DNA of 64,000 nt, taken from contig JACPXH010000004.1 of NCBI GenBank assembly GCA_016196625.1, positions 71,993 through 135,992 on the forward strand, given 5' to 3'. The notes under the pieces are model-generated. The model was not told the DNA's origin and did no database searches. It was given only the letters and a program-made list of their open reading frames with translations. Within the stretch, counting starts at the first letter, position 1. The number at the start of each line of letters is the position of its first letter. The DNA comes from Candidatus Parcubacteria bacterium. GTDB lineage: Bacteria; Patescibacteriota; Minisyncoccia; JACPXH01. The position numbers were made by a program, and so were the translations under genes. This document shows positions 10,840 through 19,881 of the stretch, piece by piece.

Positions 10840-10881
10840 GCCGCGCGTTGGCTGCTCCCAAAATATTCTTGGCCGCGGTGC

Positions 10882-12654
10882 CTAAGACGTCTCCAGCTCG
10901 TACGCTTCGACTTTAAGCTCTAACTCGCGGTTGCCGTTCCACTCGTTGATTGAAGGCCGAAAGAGAACCTGAATTCGGTCGCCTGCGCCGGGCATGCGCC
11001 GACCGTTGCCCGTCGGACTCAACTCGGTTACGCCATCACCTTGACCAAAAGCTATTGCCTTCAAGAGTCGACGCGGCTCATCTGACGGTCTAAGCACGAG
11101 CTTGAGATGCCGGGCCGAATCTCCGACCGAGCGACTTTCGATAACCTCAAGACCGCGCATGAGAAGTTTCGGCTCTGGGTTCGCCTCACCAAAAGGCTCC
11201 ATGCGACCAAACCAGTCCGCGAGCTCCCACGTGTATTCTCGGCTCGAAAGCTCTGTTTGAGCCTCCGCCAGAGACTTGAAATCCTCCGGTTTGAGCGAGG
11301 CCGCCGCGGTGCGCTTGAGGCAACGCTCGAACTCGACAAGATTTTCAGTGGGGATGGTGAAGCCGGCCGCACGTGGATGCCCGCCCATTTGGGTGAAAAT
11401 GTCGCCACAGCTACGCATGGCCTCGACGATGTTGAAGGCGTCGATGCTGCGGCACGAACCGCGCGCTTCAGTCTCGCCCTGATGGAATAGCACCGCGGGC
11501 CGGAGGTACTTGTCCTTGAGCCTGCCCGCCACCAGCCCCAAGACGCCGGGCGACCAGTCGGGCGAGCCGACAATGAGAATCGGCGGGAGCTTAAAGGGAT
11601 CAATTGTCCGCTCCGCCGCGCGCAGCATCTCTTCCACTAGGGTTTGGCGTTCGCGGTTTTTCTCGTCGAGCTTCTGGGCCAGGGCAGCTGCGATCTCAAC
11701 GTCTTCCGTCAACAGCAGCTCAAAGCTGGTATTGGCGTGGTCCATGCGGCTCGCGGCATTAAGACGCGGGGCCAGGAGATAGCCCACGGTATGGGCGTCA
11801 AGGTTAGTGAGCGGGATGTGCCCCACGGGCTGCCCCAAAGAAAGCACTTTGGGTTCAACGCCGGCAACGGCCATGAGCGCTTTCAGGCCCAGCCGCGAGG
11901 TATGCGCAAGGATATAAAGGCCCGCGCGCACGAGCGTACGGTTCTCTCCCAGAAGCGGCATGACATCGGCAATCGTGGCGACAGCCACCAAATCCAAAAA
12001 CAACTTCTCCCAACCCGGTGCCATCCTGTCCTTGACGCGAACCCCAAGAGCCTGCACCAGTTTAAAGGCTACTCCGCACGCGGCCAGATGCTTAAAAGGG
12101 TAGCGATCTTGAGGCAGCTTGGGGTCAACAACGGCCAAGGCCTTGGGGAGTACCGCCGGCGGCAGGTGGTGGTCGCAGATGATGACGTCAATGCCCGCCG
12201 CTTGGGCCCGGGCAACTTCCTCGCCGAAGGTAATGCCGGTATCAATCGTAATCAAAAGTTTCACGCCTTCCGCAACGCATTGCTCAATGCGACTAGAGCT
12301 AAGCCCATACCCTTCGGCGTTGCGGTGGGGCAAGTAGACTTGAACCTGTCCGCCGAGCATCCTGAGCGCGACCACCAAGAGCGCACTCGAACAGACCCCG
12401 TCGGCGTCGTAGTCGCCGTAGACCAAGATGGACTCGCGCTTCTGGACCGCCGCCAGAATCCGAGACACGGCCTCCTCCATGCCGGAAAGCAAAAACGGAT
12501 CGTGTAAATCCGTCCCGTAGTCGGGGTTGAAAAACTCATCAATGGCTGTTTGATCCCTAAGACCACGCTGCCACATGAGCTCGCGGACGACCCGCGGATA
12601 TTCTGGGAATCGGACGTGGAACTCGGCTGGCGCAAGAGACTTGAGTGGAAACAC
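10882..12654 (-). CDS. recJ: Single-stranded-DNA-specific exonuclease RecJ
   Basis: DHH motifs (DYDADGVCS, DHH) and DHHA1 region over the full 590-aa length. Confidence 0.85.
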   Translation of the reverse strand: MFPLKSLAPAEFHVRFPEYPRVVRELMWQRGLRDQTAIDEFFNPDYGTDLHDPFLLSGMEEAVSRILAAVQKRESILVYGDYDADGVCSSALLVVALRMLGGQVQVYLPHRNAEGYGLSSSRIEQCVAEGVKLLITIDTGITFGEEVARAQAAGIDVIICDHHLPPAVLPKALAVVDPKLPQDRYPFKHLAACGVAFKLVQALGVRVKDRMAPGWEKLFLDLVAVATIADVMPLLGENRTLVRAGLYILAHTSRLGLKALMAVAGVEPKVLSLGQPVGHIPLTNLDAHTVGYLLAPRLNAASRMDHANTSFELLLTEDVEIAAALAQKLDEKNRERQTLVEEMLRAAERTIDPFKLPPILIVGSPDWSPGVLGLVAGRLKDKYLRPAVLFHQGETEARGSCRSIDAFNIVEAMRSCGDIFTQMGGHPRAAGFTIPTENLVEFERCLKRTAAASLKPEDFKSLAEAQTELSSREYTWELADWFGRMEPFGEANPEPKLLMRGLEVIESRSVGDSARHLKLVLRPSDEPRRLLKAIAFGQGDGVTELSPTGNGRRMPGAGDRIQVLFRPSINEWNGNRELELKVEAYELETS

Positions 12655-12697
12655 GCAACGAATGCTTCACAAGAGATAAAACAATGCGTAGTACGGC

Positions 12698-13270
12698 TCA
12701 AAATCCAACGGCGCGTTGCCCGCAGGCGCTACAGACAAAAAACAGCCGATAGCACTTCTCTTGAGGCACGTATGTAATTTCAAGCAACAGATCATTGCCG
12801 CAGGAACGGCACGCCAAACTTGGATCGGCATCAAGATCTTCGGCTAAACGCATGGCGTCGTGCGTGCCCTTATTGAGCGCAACCCGATACGTCGGCAAAC
12901 CGCCCAAAACAGCTTTAATGCGCTCCACGACCTCGTTGGGTGTCACGAGCCCCGCGAAAATAAAATCCACCGCGCCGAGTTGCCGCGCGCGACGCTCATC
13001 TTCTTTGCGACCGCGGTGAGAAGAAATGACCACTGGGATATCTTTCGTCGCCGAATCCCTGCGGATCTCAAGCAGGAGCGAGAATCCGTCCATCTTGGGC
13101 ATCTCGATGCCGGTGAACACCGCGTCGGGCTTGGGCGATGCGCGCCGAATTTCCTCGAGCGCTTCAGCGCCGTCAACGGCAGTCAACACCTCAAAGCCGA
13201 TTGCCCGGAACTTCTCGGCGTAGACGTTCCGGACGAAATTGTCATCATCGACAATGAGAATCTTAGGCAT
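12698..13270 (-). CDS. Atypical orphan response-regulator receiver (pseudo-receiver) fused to a C-terminal zinc ribbon
   Basis: CheY-like REC fold (LIVDDD...MPKMDG). The phospho-acceptor Asp position aligns to Gly (FTGIEMP) and the conserved Lys is absent. C-terminus has CRSCG...CSACG. Confidence 0.55.
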   Translation of the reverse strand: MPKILIVDDDNFVRNVYAEKFRAIGFEVLTAVDGAEALEEIRRASPKPDAVFTGIEMPKMDGFSLLLEIRRDSATKDIPVVISSHRGRKEDERRARQLGAVDFIFAGLVTPNEVVERIKAVLGGLPTYRVALNKGTHDAMRLAEDLDADPSLACRSCGNDLLLEITYVPQEKCYRLFFVCSACGQRAVGF

Positions 13271-13288
13271 GGCTGCAAGAGGTGTATG

Positions 13289-14464
13289 CTACGAATAGTA
13301 GCCCAAAGCTTCGAGGGCCGGCAAGCGATTACCCGCCACAAACTCAAGCATCGCCCCGCCTCCGGTGGACACGTGCCCAAAGCGCCCCAGCAAGTTCTCT
13401 CGTTTCAGGAACATCACCGTATCGCCTCCGCCCACCACCGCAGCCGTTCTTTTGGGATCAATGGCTTGGGCGATAAGTTTAGTGCCAAGCCCGTACGACG
13501 CCTCTTCAATTACGCCTACCGGCCCGTTCCACAAAACGCTGCCCGCTGTGGCCAAAACATGCCCGTAGCGCCGCGCCGTTTCCGGCCCGATATCGAAGAT
13601 GACTTCTCCGGTCTGAATATCCTCGAGGTTGGCAGTGCGACCGGCCATCCTGGACGGACCCGGCAGAGCGAATTGACCGTCAACCGGCAACAGAATCTTA
13701 TTCGCATACTGATCAAGCTCACCCAAGGCATCCGCGGCGTCTTTCGCCACCGGCGAAGAACCCACGGCGAGGCCACGACGAGCAAGCATGGTGTTCGCGA
13801 GCACTCCGCCAAGGAGAAGTTGATCAACCACGGGTAATAGTCGCGCCAACGCCGGCAGTTTCGCTTCCGCCTTGGCTCCGCCGAACACGGCCACAGCCGG
13901 ACGACGCGGCTCTTTAAGAAAATCGGTCAGATGATTTATTTCGGCGACCATGAGTTCACCAGCTGCGGCGGGCAGAAGCCTTGCCACCTGCGTCAGCGAA
14001 GCGTGGTCGCGGTGGGCAGTGCCGAAAGCATCCGATACATACTGTTGGGCCAGCGCGGCGAGCGCTTGCGCAAAACTAGGATCGTTGGCGGTCTCGCCCG
14101 GCGCGAAGCGCAAGTTCTCGAGCATGAGTATGCCGCCCGGCTTAAGTGCGCGTACGGCAACTTCAACTTCCGGCCCCGTGATCTCGCCCGTAAACTCAAC
14201 CCGCCTCCCGGTGAGTTTGGCGAGGTGCCTGGCCACGGGCGCCAGAGACCACCGTGGATCCGGAGCATCCGGCTCGCCCAGGTGGCTTGCCACAATCACG
14301 CGCGCATCCCGCCGCAAAAGCTCATCCAGCGTGGGCAGTGCTGCAGCCATGCGCCAGTCTTCAAACCGATCCACCTCGCCGTCTCGGCCCAGTGGCACGT
14401 TGAAATCAACGCGCCAGAAGACGCGCTTACCGGAAACATCGAGGTTGTCGAGCGTCCGCCACAT
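13289..14464 (-). CDS. pgk: Phosphoglycerate kinase
   Basis: Full-length PGK homology (FNVPL, hinge, GGGA motifs). Confidence 0.9.
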   Translation of the reverse strand: MWRTLDNLDVSGKRVFWRVDFNVPLGRDGEVDRFEDWRMAAALPTLDELLRRDARVIVASHLGEPDAPDPRWSLAPVARHLAKLTGRRVEFTGEITGPEVEVAVRALKPGGILMLENLRFAPGETANDPSFAQALAALAQQYVSDAFGTAHRDHASLTQVARLLPAAAGELMVAEINHLTDFLKEPRRPAVAVFGGAKAEAKLPALARLLPVVDQLLLGGVLANTMLARRGLAVGSSPVAKDAADALGELDQYANKILLPVDGQFALPGPSRMAGRTANLEDIQTGEVIFDIGPETARRYGHVLATAGSVLWNGPVGVIEEASYGLGTKLIAQAIDPKRTAAVVGGGDTVMFLKRENLLGRFGHVSTGGGAMLEFVAGNRLPALEALGYYS

Positions 14465-14618
14465 ACCGAAAAGTTCAAATTACAAATTTCAAATCAAATT
14501 CAAAGCTCAAAATCCAAAACGCATTTTGACATTGGGATTTTGGATTTGATTTGACATTTGAACTTTGGGCTTTGGATTTCTGTTTACTCCATTCTACCAT
14601 ACCCTCCCCCGCACTCCG

Positions 14619-14633
14619 TGATATAATCGCCAT
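14619..14633 (+). promoter_or_regulatory. -10 box TATAAT 6 nt upstream of the ndh ATG; near-leaderless
   Basis: gtgaTATAATcgccatATG sits at the end of an AT-rich palindromic divergent region (14471-14580). Confidence 0.35.
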
Positions 14634-15875
14634 ATGGACACAGAGACTACTCCCGCGGTCAACATCGTCATCCTCGGCGGAGGGTTCGGCGGAGTCGCGT
14701 GCGCGCTTGAACTCGGGCGACTCATCCGGCGCCATCGGTTGAGTGCCCACGCTCGGGTGTTTCTGGTCGACCGCCAGAGCGGCCAACTCTACCAACCGGC
14801 GCTCTACGAAGCAGCGGCGAGCACCAAAGCGGACGCACCAGCCTTTAAACTCAGACAAGCCATCACCGTCCCATACGAAGAGATACTGGCCAGAACCGGA
14901 GTCCAGTTCATCCAAGCCGAAGTGCTTTCGGTCAACCCCATGAGCCGGACCGTTGAACTGCGGGGGGGATCAACCCTCCCCTACTCTCAGTTGGTGCTGG
15001 CCCTTGGCGCCGAGCCTAATTTTTTCGGAATCCCGGGCCTCGCCGAACACGCCTTCACCTTCAAGTCATTTACGAGCATCATCCGACTTCGAAACCACAT
15101 CGGCGAGGCGTTACTCCGGGGCGAACGCCAACCGCTCGTCATCTGCGGCGGCGGGACCACCGGCGTGGAGGTGGCCGGGGAACTGGTGGGGCTCGCACGC
15201 AAACTCGGCTGGGCCAAACCAGACATCACCATTATTGAGGCGAGCCCCGGGATCCTCTCGGGTTTCCATCCGGCAGTTGTCGCCGCAGTTTCCGAACGAC
15301 TTAAGAACTTGGGGGTTCGAGTGCGAACGAATGCAAAAGTGGTTAGCTCTGACGCAGGCGGCGTCTGGATTACTGAAGCCGGCAGAAACCAGAGTGAGTA
15401 CGTGCGATCACTTGTCACGATCTGGACCGGCGGCATCCAACCCAACCGCATCCTCAAAGAGCTACTTCTGCCTCGGGACGTCCGCGGCCGGGCCGAGGTT
15501 AACACGGCACTACTGTGTACGCCAAACACTTACGCGATCGGAGACAACTCGTGTTTCGTCGACCCGAAAACAAAAAAACCGCTCCCGGCGGTTGCGCGCA
15601 TCGCCATCGCCCAGGGGAAAGTTGCCGCCCGCAACACCATAGCCACAATCCTGCGCCAACCCGCAATGCCCTACCCCGTCCACCGCTACCCAGTCGTCAT
15701 CCCGGTTGGCGGCAAGTGGGCCATGGCTGACATGATCTACCTTCGCATCTGGGGATTCCTGGGCTGGTGCATCAAGCAACTGGTTGAACTCCTGTACCTT
15801 TTTTCCATCCTGCCGTTCTCCCGGGCGGTCGCGGTGTGGACACGGGGAGTTTCAATCTACCTTGCGAACGACTGA
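14634..15875 (+). CDS. ndh: Type II NADH dehydrogenase / FAD-dependent pyridine nucleotide-disulfide oxidoreductase
   Basis: N-terminal GxGxxG (IVILGGGFGGV) and a second dinucleotide fold (ICGGGTTGVE). Confidence 0.8.
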   Translation: MDTETTPAVNIVILGGGFGGVACALELGRLIRRHRLSAHARVFLVDRQSGQLYQPALYEAAASTKADAPAFKLRQAITVPYEEILARTGVQFIQAEVLSVNPMSRTVELRGGSTLPYSQLVLALGAEPNFFGIPGLAEHAFTFKSFTSIIRLRNHIGEALLRGERQPLVICGGGTTGVEVAGELVGLARKLGWAKPDITIIEASPGILSGFHPAVVAAVSERLKNLGVRVRTNAKVVSSDAGGVWITEAGRNQSEYVRSLVTIWTGGIQPNRILKELLLPRDVRGRAEVNTALLCTPNTYAIGDNSCFVDPKTKKPLPAVARIAIAQGKVAARNTIATILRQPAMPYPVHRYPVVIPVGGKWAMADMIYLRIWGFLGWCIKQLVELLYLFSILPFSRAVAVWTRGVSIYLAND

Positions 15876-16620
15876 CCGCAGCAGCCCGTCTAACCAATTC
15901 GATGAACTCTGACGCGCGGAGCGACGCACCGCCCACCAATGCGCCGTCAATACCTTCTTCGCTCAGGAAAGAAACGATGTTTTCGCTAGAAACACTGCCG
16001 CCGTAGAGCACCGGAACACTTTGAGCGACTTTTTGATCGAAGCGATCTCGAATCACCTTCCGAATGGTGATCGCGGCCGAGAGCGCGTTACTCGAACTGT
16101 CGGCCTCGCCAGTACCAATGGCCCACACCGGCTCGTAGGCCACGACAAGCCGCGCAAGCGAAGCTTTGGCCAGCCCACCGAGAGCCGCCACGAGCTGCTG
16201 CTCCAACACGGCAGAAACGTTGTCTTGCTCGCGAGACTCTTCCCCCACGCACAGAATCGCGGTGAGCCCCGCTGCCAGCACCGCCGCCACTTTACGGCGC
16301 ACCATTTCGTCGGTCTCGCCGAGCCAACGCCGGCGCTCCGAATGTCCCACGATCACGTGACTCACCCGCGAGGTCTGAAGCATTGAGAGCGAAACCTCTC
16401 CGGTGTAAGCGCCCGCTAATTCCCAAAACACGTCCTGGGCGCCGAAGGACACCGGCCGCATCTTATGAGAAAAATCAGTAAGCCAGACAAAAGGCGGGCA
16501 GAAGACCACCGTGACTCCCCGGATGCGCTTAACTCCGCCGAGCACTGCGGCCAGCAACTGCTCTGCTTCCGCGTAGTTTTGCGGATTCATTTTCCAATTG
16601 GCGATGATCAATTTCCGCAT
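15772..16620 (-). CDS. tpiA: Triosephosphate isomerase
   Basis: MRKLIIANWKMN...VGHSERR...AYEPVWAIGTG. True start is the internal Met. The C-terminal tail overlaps the ndh 3' end convergently. Confidence 0.85.
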   Translation of the reverse strand: MRKLIIANWKMNPQNYAEAEQLLAAVLGGVKRIRGVTVVFCPPFVWLTDFSHKMRPVSFGAQDVFWELAGAYTGEVSLSMLQTSRVSHVIVGHSERRRWLGETDEMVRRKVAAVLAAGLTAILCVGEESREQDNVSAVLEQQLVAALGGLAKASLARLVVAYEPVWAIGTGEADSSSNALSAAITIRKVIRDRFDQKVAQSVPVLYGGSVSSENIVSFLSEEGIDGALVGGASLRASEFIELVRRAAAVSRSQGRLKLPVSTPRPPGRTAGWKKGTGVQPVA

Positions 16621-16691
16621 AGGTTCATGTTCTCGCGTTACGGTCCTCGCCGCTTCGAGCACTCGGTTGCCAGGTTCTGGCGTTCCGGGCG

Positions 16692-17345
16692 TCAGTGCGC
16701 GGTGAGCTTGCCGGAGTGGCGGCGCCGGCGCCAAATCAACCAAGCGATAAATGCGATGATGCCCGCGATGATAACGATATCAAATTTCTGGAAAAACCCC
16801 TCAATCACTTTCCAATCTGCCCCCAGCCGCACGCCGAGCCACGCAAAGAGAGCCGACCAAGGGGCAGAACCGAGAAAGGTATAGAAGGCAAACCTGCCTA
16901 CAGGCATGCGACTTAACCCGGCCGGCAAGGAGATATAGGTACGCACCACCGGGAGGAGTCGGCCGAAAAAAACAGTTGGTCCGCCGTACTTAGCAAACCA
17001 TCGCTCGGTCACCGCCAGCTCTCTCCTAGAAAGCAAGAAGTACTTGCCGTATCGCTCAATGAAGGGCCGCCCTCCAAAATAACCGATCCAGTAGAGCAGC
17101 AACGACCCCGCCAGATTCCCGAGAGTACCCATCAAAACCACCGCCCAAAGTTTGAACCGGCCGGCCGAAACCAGAAAGCCGGAGAACGGCATGATGATCT
17201 CTGAAGGTACCGGCGCACCCGCACTCTCGAGCGTCATCAAAAAGAAAATGCCGGGGTAGCTTGTAAGCTCAATCACGTGAATCACCCAGAGACTGACGGT
17301 GCCAATGATGGAAGCAGTAAACAGTTGCGGCGCTGAGGTGCTCAT
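16692..17345 (-). CDS. DedA/SNARE-associated family membrane protein
   Basis: Multi-TM protein with DedA signature region (GRLLPVVRTYISLPAG). Confidence 0.75.
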   Translation of the reverse strand: MSTSAPQLFTASIIGTVSLWVIHVIELTSYPGIFFLMTLESAGAPVPSEIIMPFSGFLVSAGRFKLWAVVLMGTLGNLAGSLLLYWIGYFGGRPFIERYGKYFLLSRRELAVTERWFAKYGGPTVFFGRLLPVVRTYISLPAGLSRMPVGRFAFYTFLGSAPWSALFAWLGVRLGADWKVIEGFFQKFDIVIIAGIIAFIAWLIWRRRRHSGKLTAH

Positions 17346-18367
17346 GTCTTGGTTTCTCCCCGTAAGTAGCGAGCCGCCATCTCCGGAGAAATAGCCGAGA
17401 TTTCGATTCCGGTGCCAAGTTCAAATCCGGCCCAGATTGCGGTCTTCGGCAAAACCTCAATGTGCCAATGGTAGTGACGATAATCCTCTTCACTCGTGGC
17501 GGGAGCAGTGTGAATGAAAAAGTTGTAGGCCGGATGATTCAGCTTCTGACTAAGCATCTGAAGCACCGTGCGCAGGGCCGTGGCCACACCCAAAAGCTCG
17601 TCCGGAGATGAACGTTCAAAGAAGGGTTCATGGCGCTTCGGGAAGATGCGCGCCTCAAAGGCCGTGCGCGAAACAAAGGGGCAAAAAGCGAGAGCGTGTT
17701 CGTTCTCGAAGACAATACGGGCACGTTCTTCCTTTTCCCACGCCATCATCGCGCAGTGAACGCAGATCTCGTTTTCGTGCCAATAGCGGCGGGATCCATC
17801 GAGGCTGCGCTTGACGTCCGGCGGGATCACGGGAATCGCGATAATTTGCGAGTGGGGGTGCCAAACCGAAGCACCCGCCCCGCGGCCGTGGTTGTGAAAG
17901 ACGGAAACGTACCGCACGCAGGGCACCCCGAGGAGTGCCCGATAGCGCTCGCCGTACGCCGCAAACACCGCCGCTGCTTCTTTGTCCGAGAAGTCTCCCC
18001 ATTGCCGATCGTGATCGCGGGTGATGACCACTTCGTGGGAACCAACGCCGTCGAGAACCGTGTAGGGTCCGACCGCACGGAACTCGTCGCAGGTGCCCTG
18101 TCCGAAGGCCGGGAACTTGTTGGGTACAACTTGTACGAACCAAGGATCGGGCACTCTCGCGCCCACCGGACGGCCAACGCGGTCATAAGCCAGTAGAGCC
18201 GGCCCGTTACCCGCTGCCTCTAGGTCTTCAAAGGGACACCCTTCTTTTGGGCTAGGCGCCTCGCCCGCAGACTCTTTGAACGCCCCGGGCCTCTTGGCAC
18301 GCCCAGTAGCCACCACCACCCAATCGCCCGAGACGAGATCTTGGCGCAGTTCGGAAATATGCTCCAC
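17342..18367 (-). CDS. galT: Galactose-1-phosphate uridylyltransferase-like (HIT superfamily)
   Basis: HPHSQ catalytic motif, Cys/His metal site and GalT-like N-terminus. GTG start. Confidence 0.7.
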   Translation of the reverse strand: MEHISELRQDLVSGDWVVVATGRAKRPGAFKESAGEAPSPKEGCPFEDLEAAGNGPALLAYDRVGRPVGARVPDPWFVQVVPNKFPAFGQGTCDEFRAVGPYTVLDGVGSHEVVITRDHDRQWGDFSDKEAAAVFAAYGERYRALLGVPCVRYVSVFHNHGRGAGASVWHPHSQIIAIPVIPPDVKRSLDGSRRYWHENEICVHCAMMAWEKEERARIVFENEHALAFCPFVSRTAFEARIFPKRHEPFFERSSPDELLGVATALRTVLQMLSQKLNHPAYNFFIHTAPATSEEDYRHYHWHIEVLPKTAIWAGFELGTGIEISAISPEMAARYLRGETKT

Positions 18368-18463
18368 GTAAAAGTTAAAAATGAAAAGTTAAAGGTTAAA
18401 AATGACGGGGCGCATAAGAAAGTTCGACCGTCCGCCGCGAGCGGGGCTCTAACTTTGCACTTT

Positions 18464-19216
18464 TCACTTTAAACTTTTAACCTCGCCATACTTCCCCCGC
18501 CAGATATTCAGACGAATCTTGACTGTTTCCCAGAGCACCTCGAGATACGCAGAAAACCCCACATGGGAATTGGCATCGTTCACCCAACGAATCGGCACTT
18601 CCTTAATCCGGTAGCCCAAGAGACGGGCCACGGCGAGCGCTTCCACGTCGAACCCCCATCGGTCAATGGTGAGCCGCGAGAAAATATCTTGAGCCGCTTT
18701 CGCGCTGAATGCCTTGAAGCCCGCCTGCGTGTCCCAAATACCCCACACTGCAAAGACCTGGATGACTTTATTGCCGAGACGTCCAGCCAGTTCTTTATAC
18801 CAAGCTTGATGCACGGCAATGCGGGCGCCACGCACTGCTCTAGAGCCGATGACCACGTCGTACCCTGCGGAAAAATACGGCCAGAATGATTCAACGTGGT
18901 CTAGAGAGGTCGAGTTGTCAGCATCGGTAAAGAGTCGCACGTCCCCCCGGCTAGCAAGCATCCCTTGACGCACCACGTACCCCTTGCCGTGATTTTCAGA
19001 ATTGCTCAGCACTTTGAGGTGCGCCACGGTACCTTCAAAGCGCTGGACTATCTGGACGGTTTCGTCGGTGGAACCGTCGTTGACCACCAAGATTTCATAC
19101 GCGTAAGGCTGCCGACTCAAGTAGTGATCGATGTCTAGCAGAGTCGCGGCGATGCCGCGCGTTTCGTTGTAGGCCGGAATAATTACGGACAGACGCGGCC
19201 GGCTTGAATCAGGCAT
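18464..19216 (-). CDS. GT2-family glycosyltransferase (polyprenyl-phosphate sugar transferase-like)
   Basis: SVIIPAYNE...VNDGSTD...DAD are GT-A motifs. Start at the internal Met, overlapping the ruvX stop by 8 nt. Confidence 0.7.
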   Translation of the reverse strand: MPDSSRPRLSVIIPAYNETRGIAATLLDIDHYLSRQPYAYEILVVNDGSTDETVQIVQRFEGTVAHLKVLSNSENHGKGYVVRQGMLASRGDVRLFTDADNSTSLDHVESFWPYFSAGYDVVIGSRAVRGARIAVHQAWYKELAGRLGNKVIQVFAVWGIWDTQAGFKAFSAKAAQDIFSRLTIDRWGFDVEALAVARLLGYRIKEVPIRWVNDANSHVGFSAYLEVLWETVKIRLNIWRGKYGEVKSLK

Positions 19217-19613
19217 TGGAATTATAACGTGATCGGACGAGATAGCTTTCCAGGATTGTCGCCGCCGCGGCTGCATCCAGCGAGGCCCGCCGGCCGGAGG
19301 TTTGCAGTTTGCGCCTGGCCAACGCCGTAGAAAACCGTTCGTCTTGGGTCCTGATCGGAAGCGACACGACTGCCCGCAGACGTTCAATGAAACAAGCCAC
19401 CGCCACGGCCTGCGCACCTTCTTGCCCGGAAAGCGATCGCGGCCAGCCCACGATGATCTCACTGATCTTTTCGCTCCGGCACAGTTCGGCAAGACGGGCC
19501 ACGAGAGAACCGTCAACGGCCATCACTCCCCGGGGAAAAGCAAACGAGCGGCCTTCGTCCGAAACAGCGAGGCCGAACCGCCGCAGACCAAAATCAATGG
19601 CTAAAATTCGCAT
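19209..19613 (-). CDS. ruvX: Holliday junction resolvase-like YqgF/RuvX
   Basis: MRILAIDFGLRRFGLAVSD is the RuvX N-terminal signature. Confidence 0.8.
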   Translation of the reverse strand: MRILAIDFGLRRFGLAVSDEGRSFAFPRGVMAVDGSLVARLAELCRSEKISEIIVGWPRSLSGQEGAQAVAVACFIERLRAVVSLPIRTQDERFSTALARRKLQTSGRRASLDAAAAATILESYLVRSRYNSNA

Positions 19614-19881
19614 CTCCGCCCCCAGTCTACCAATAAGCTGCCAAAAAAGGAAGCAGCGCTTGAAAGACCGCGGGAACGGAACTGTGAGAAATGCGAGTGT
19701 TGTTTACATCAAGCGGGGTAGGCTCGAGCGGCTTCTGAGGCCGAGCGGGCAGGGTGCCCCGAGCCTGTCGAGGGGCGAGCGAGGCCGAGGAGCAGCGAAA
19801 ATCCTCGCTGGGGATTTTCGCGTAGCGAGAGCCTGCCCCGCTTGATGCCAAAGCATGTAAACAACGCTGTCGAAGCTTACT

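Noticed and set aside
14475-14915. ORF 14475..14915 (-) 146 aa
   Set aside because: It is antisense to the well-supported ndh gene and begins inside the AT-rich promoter palindrome.
19627-19851. ORF 19627..19851 (-) 74 aa between map and ruvX
   Set aside because: It lies entirely within the inverted-repeat-bounded structured element and has no SD. It is likely non-coding.
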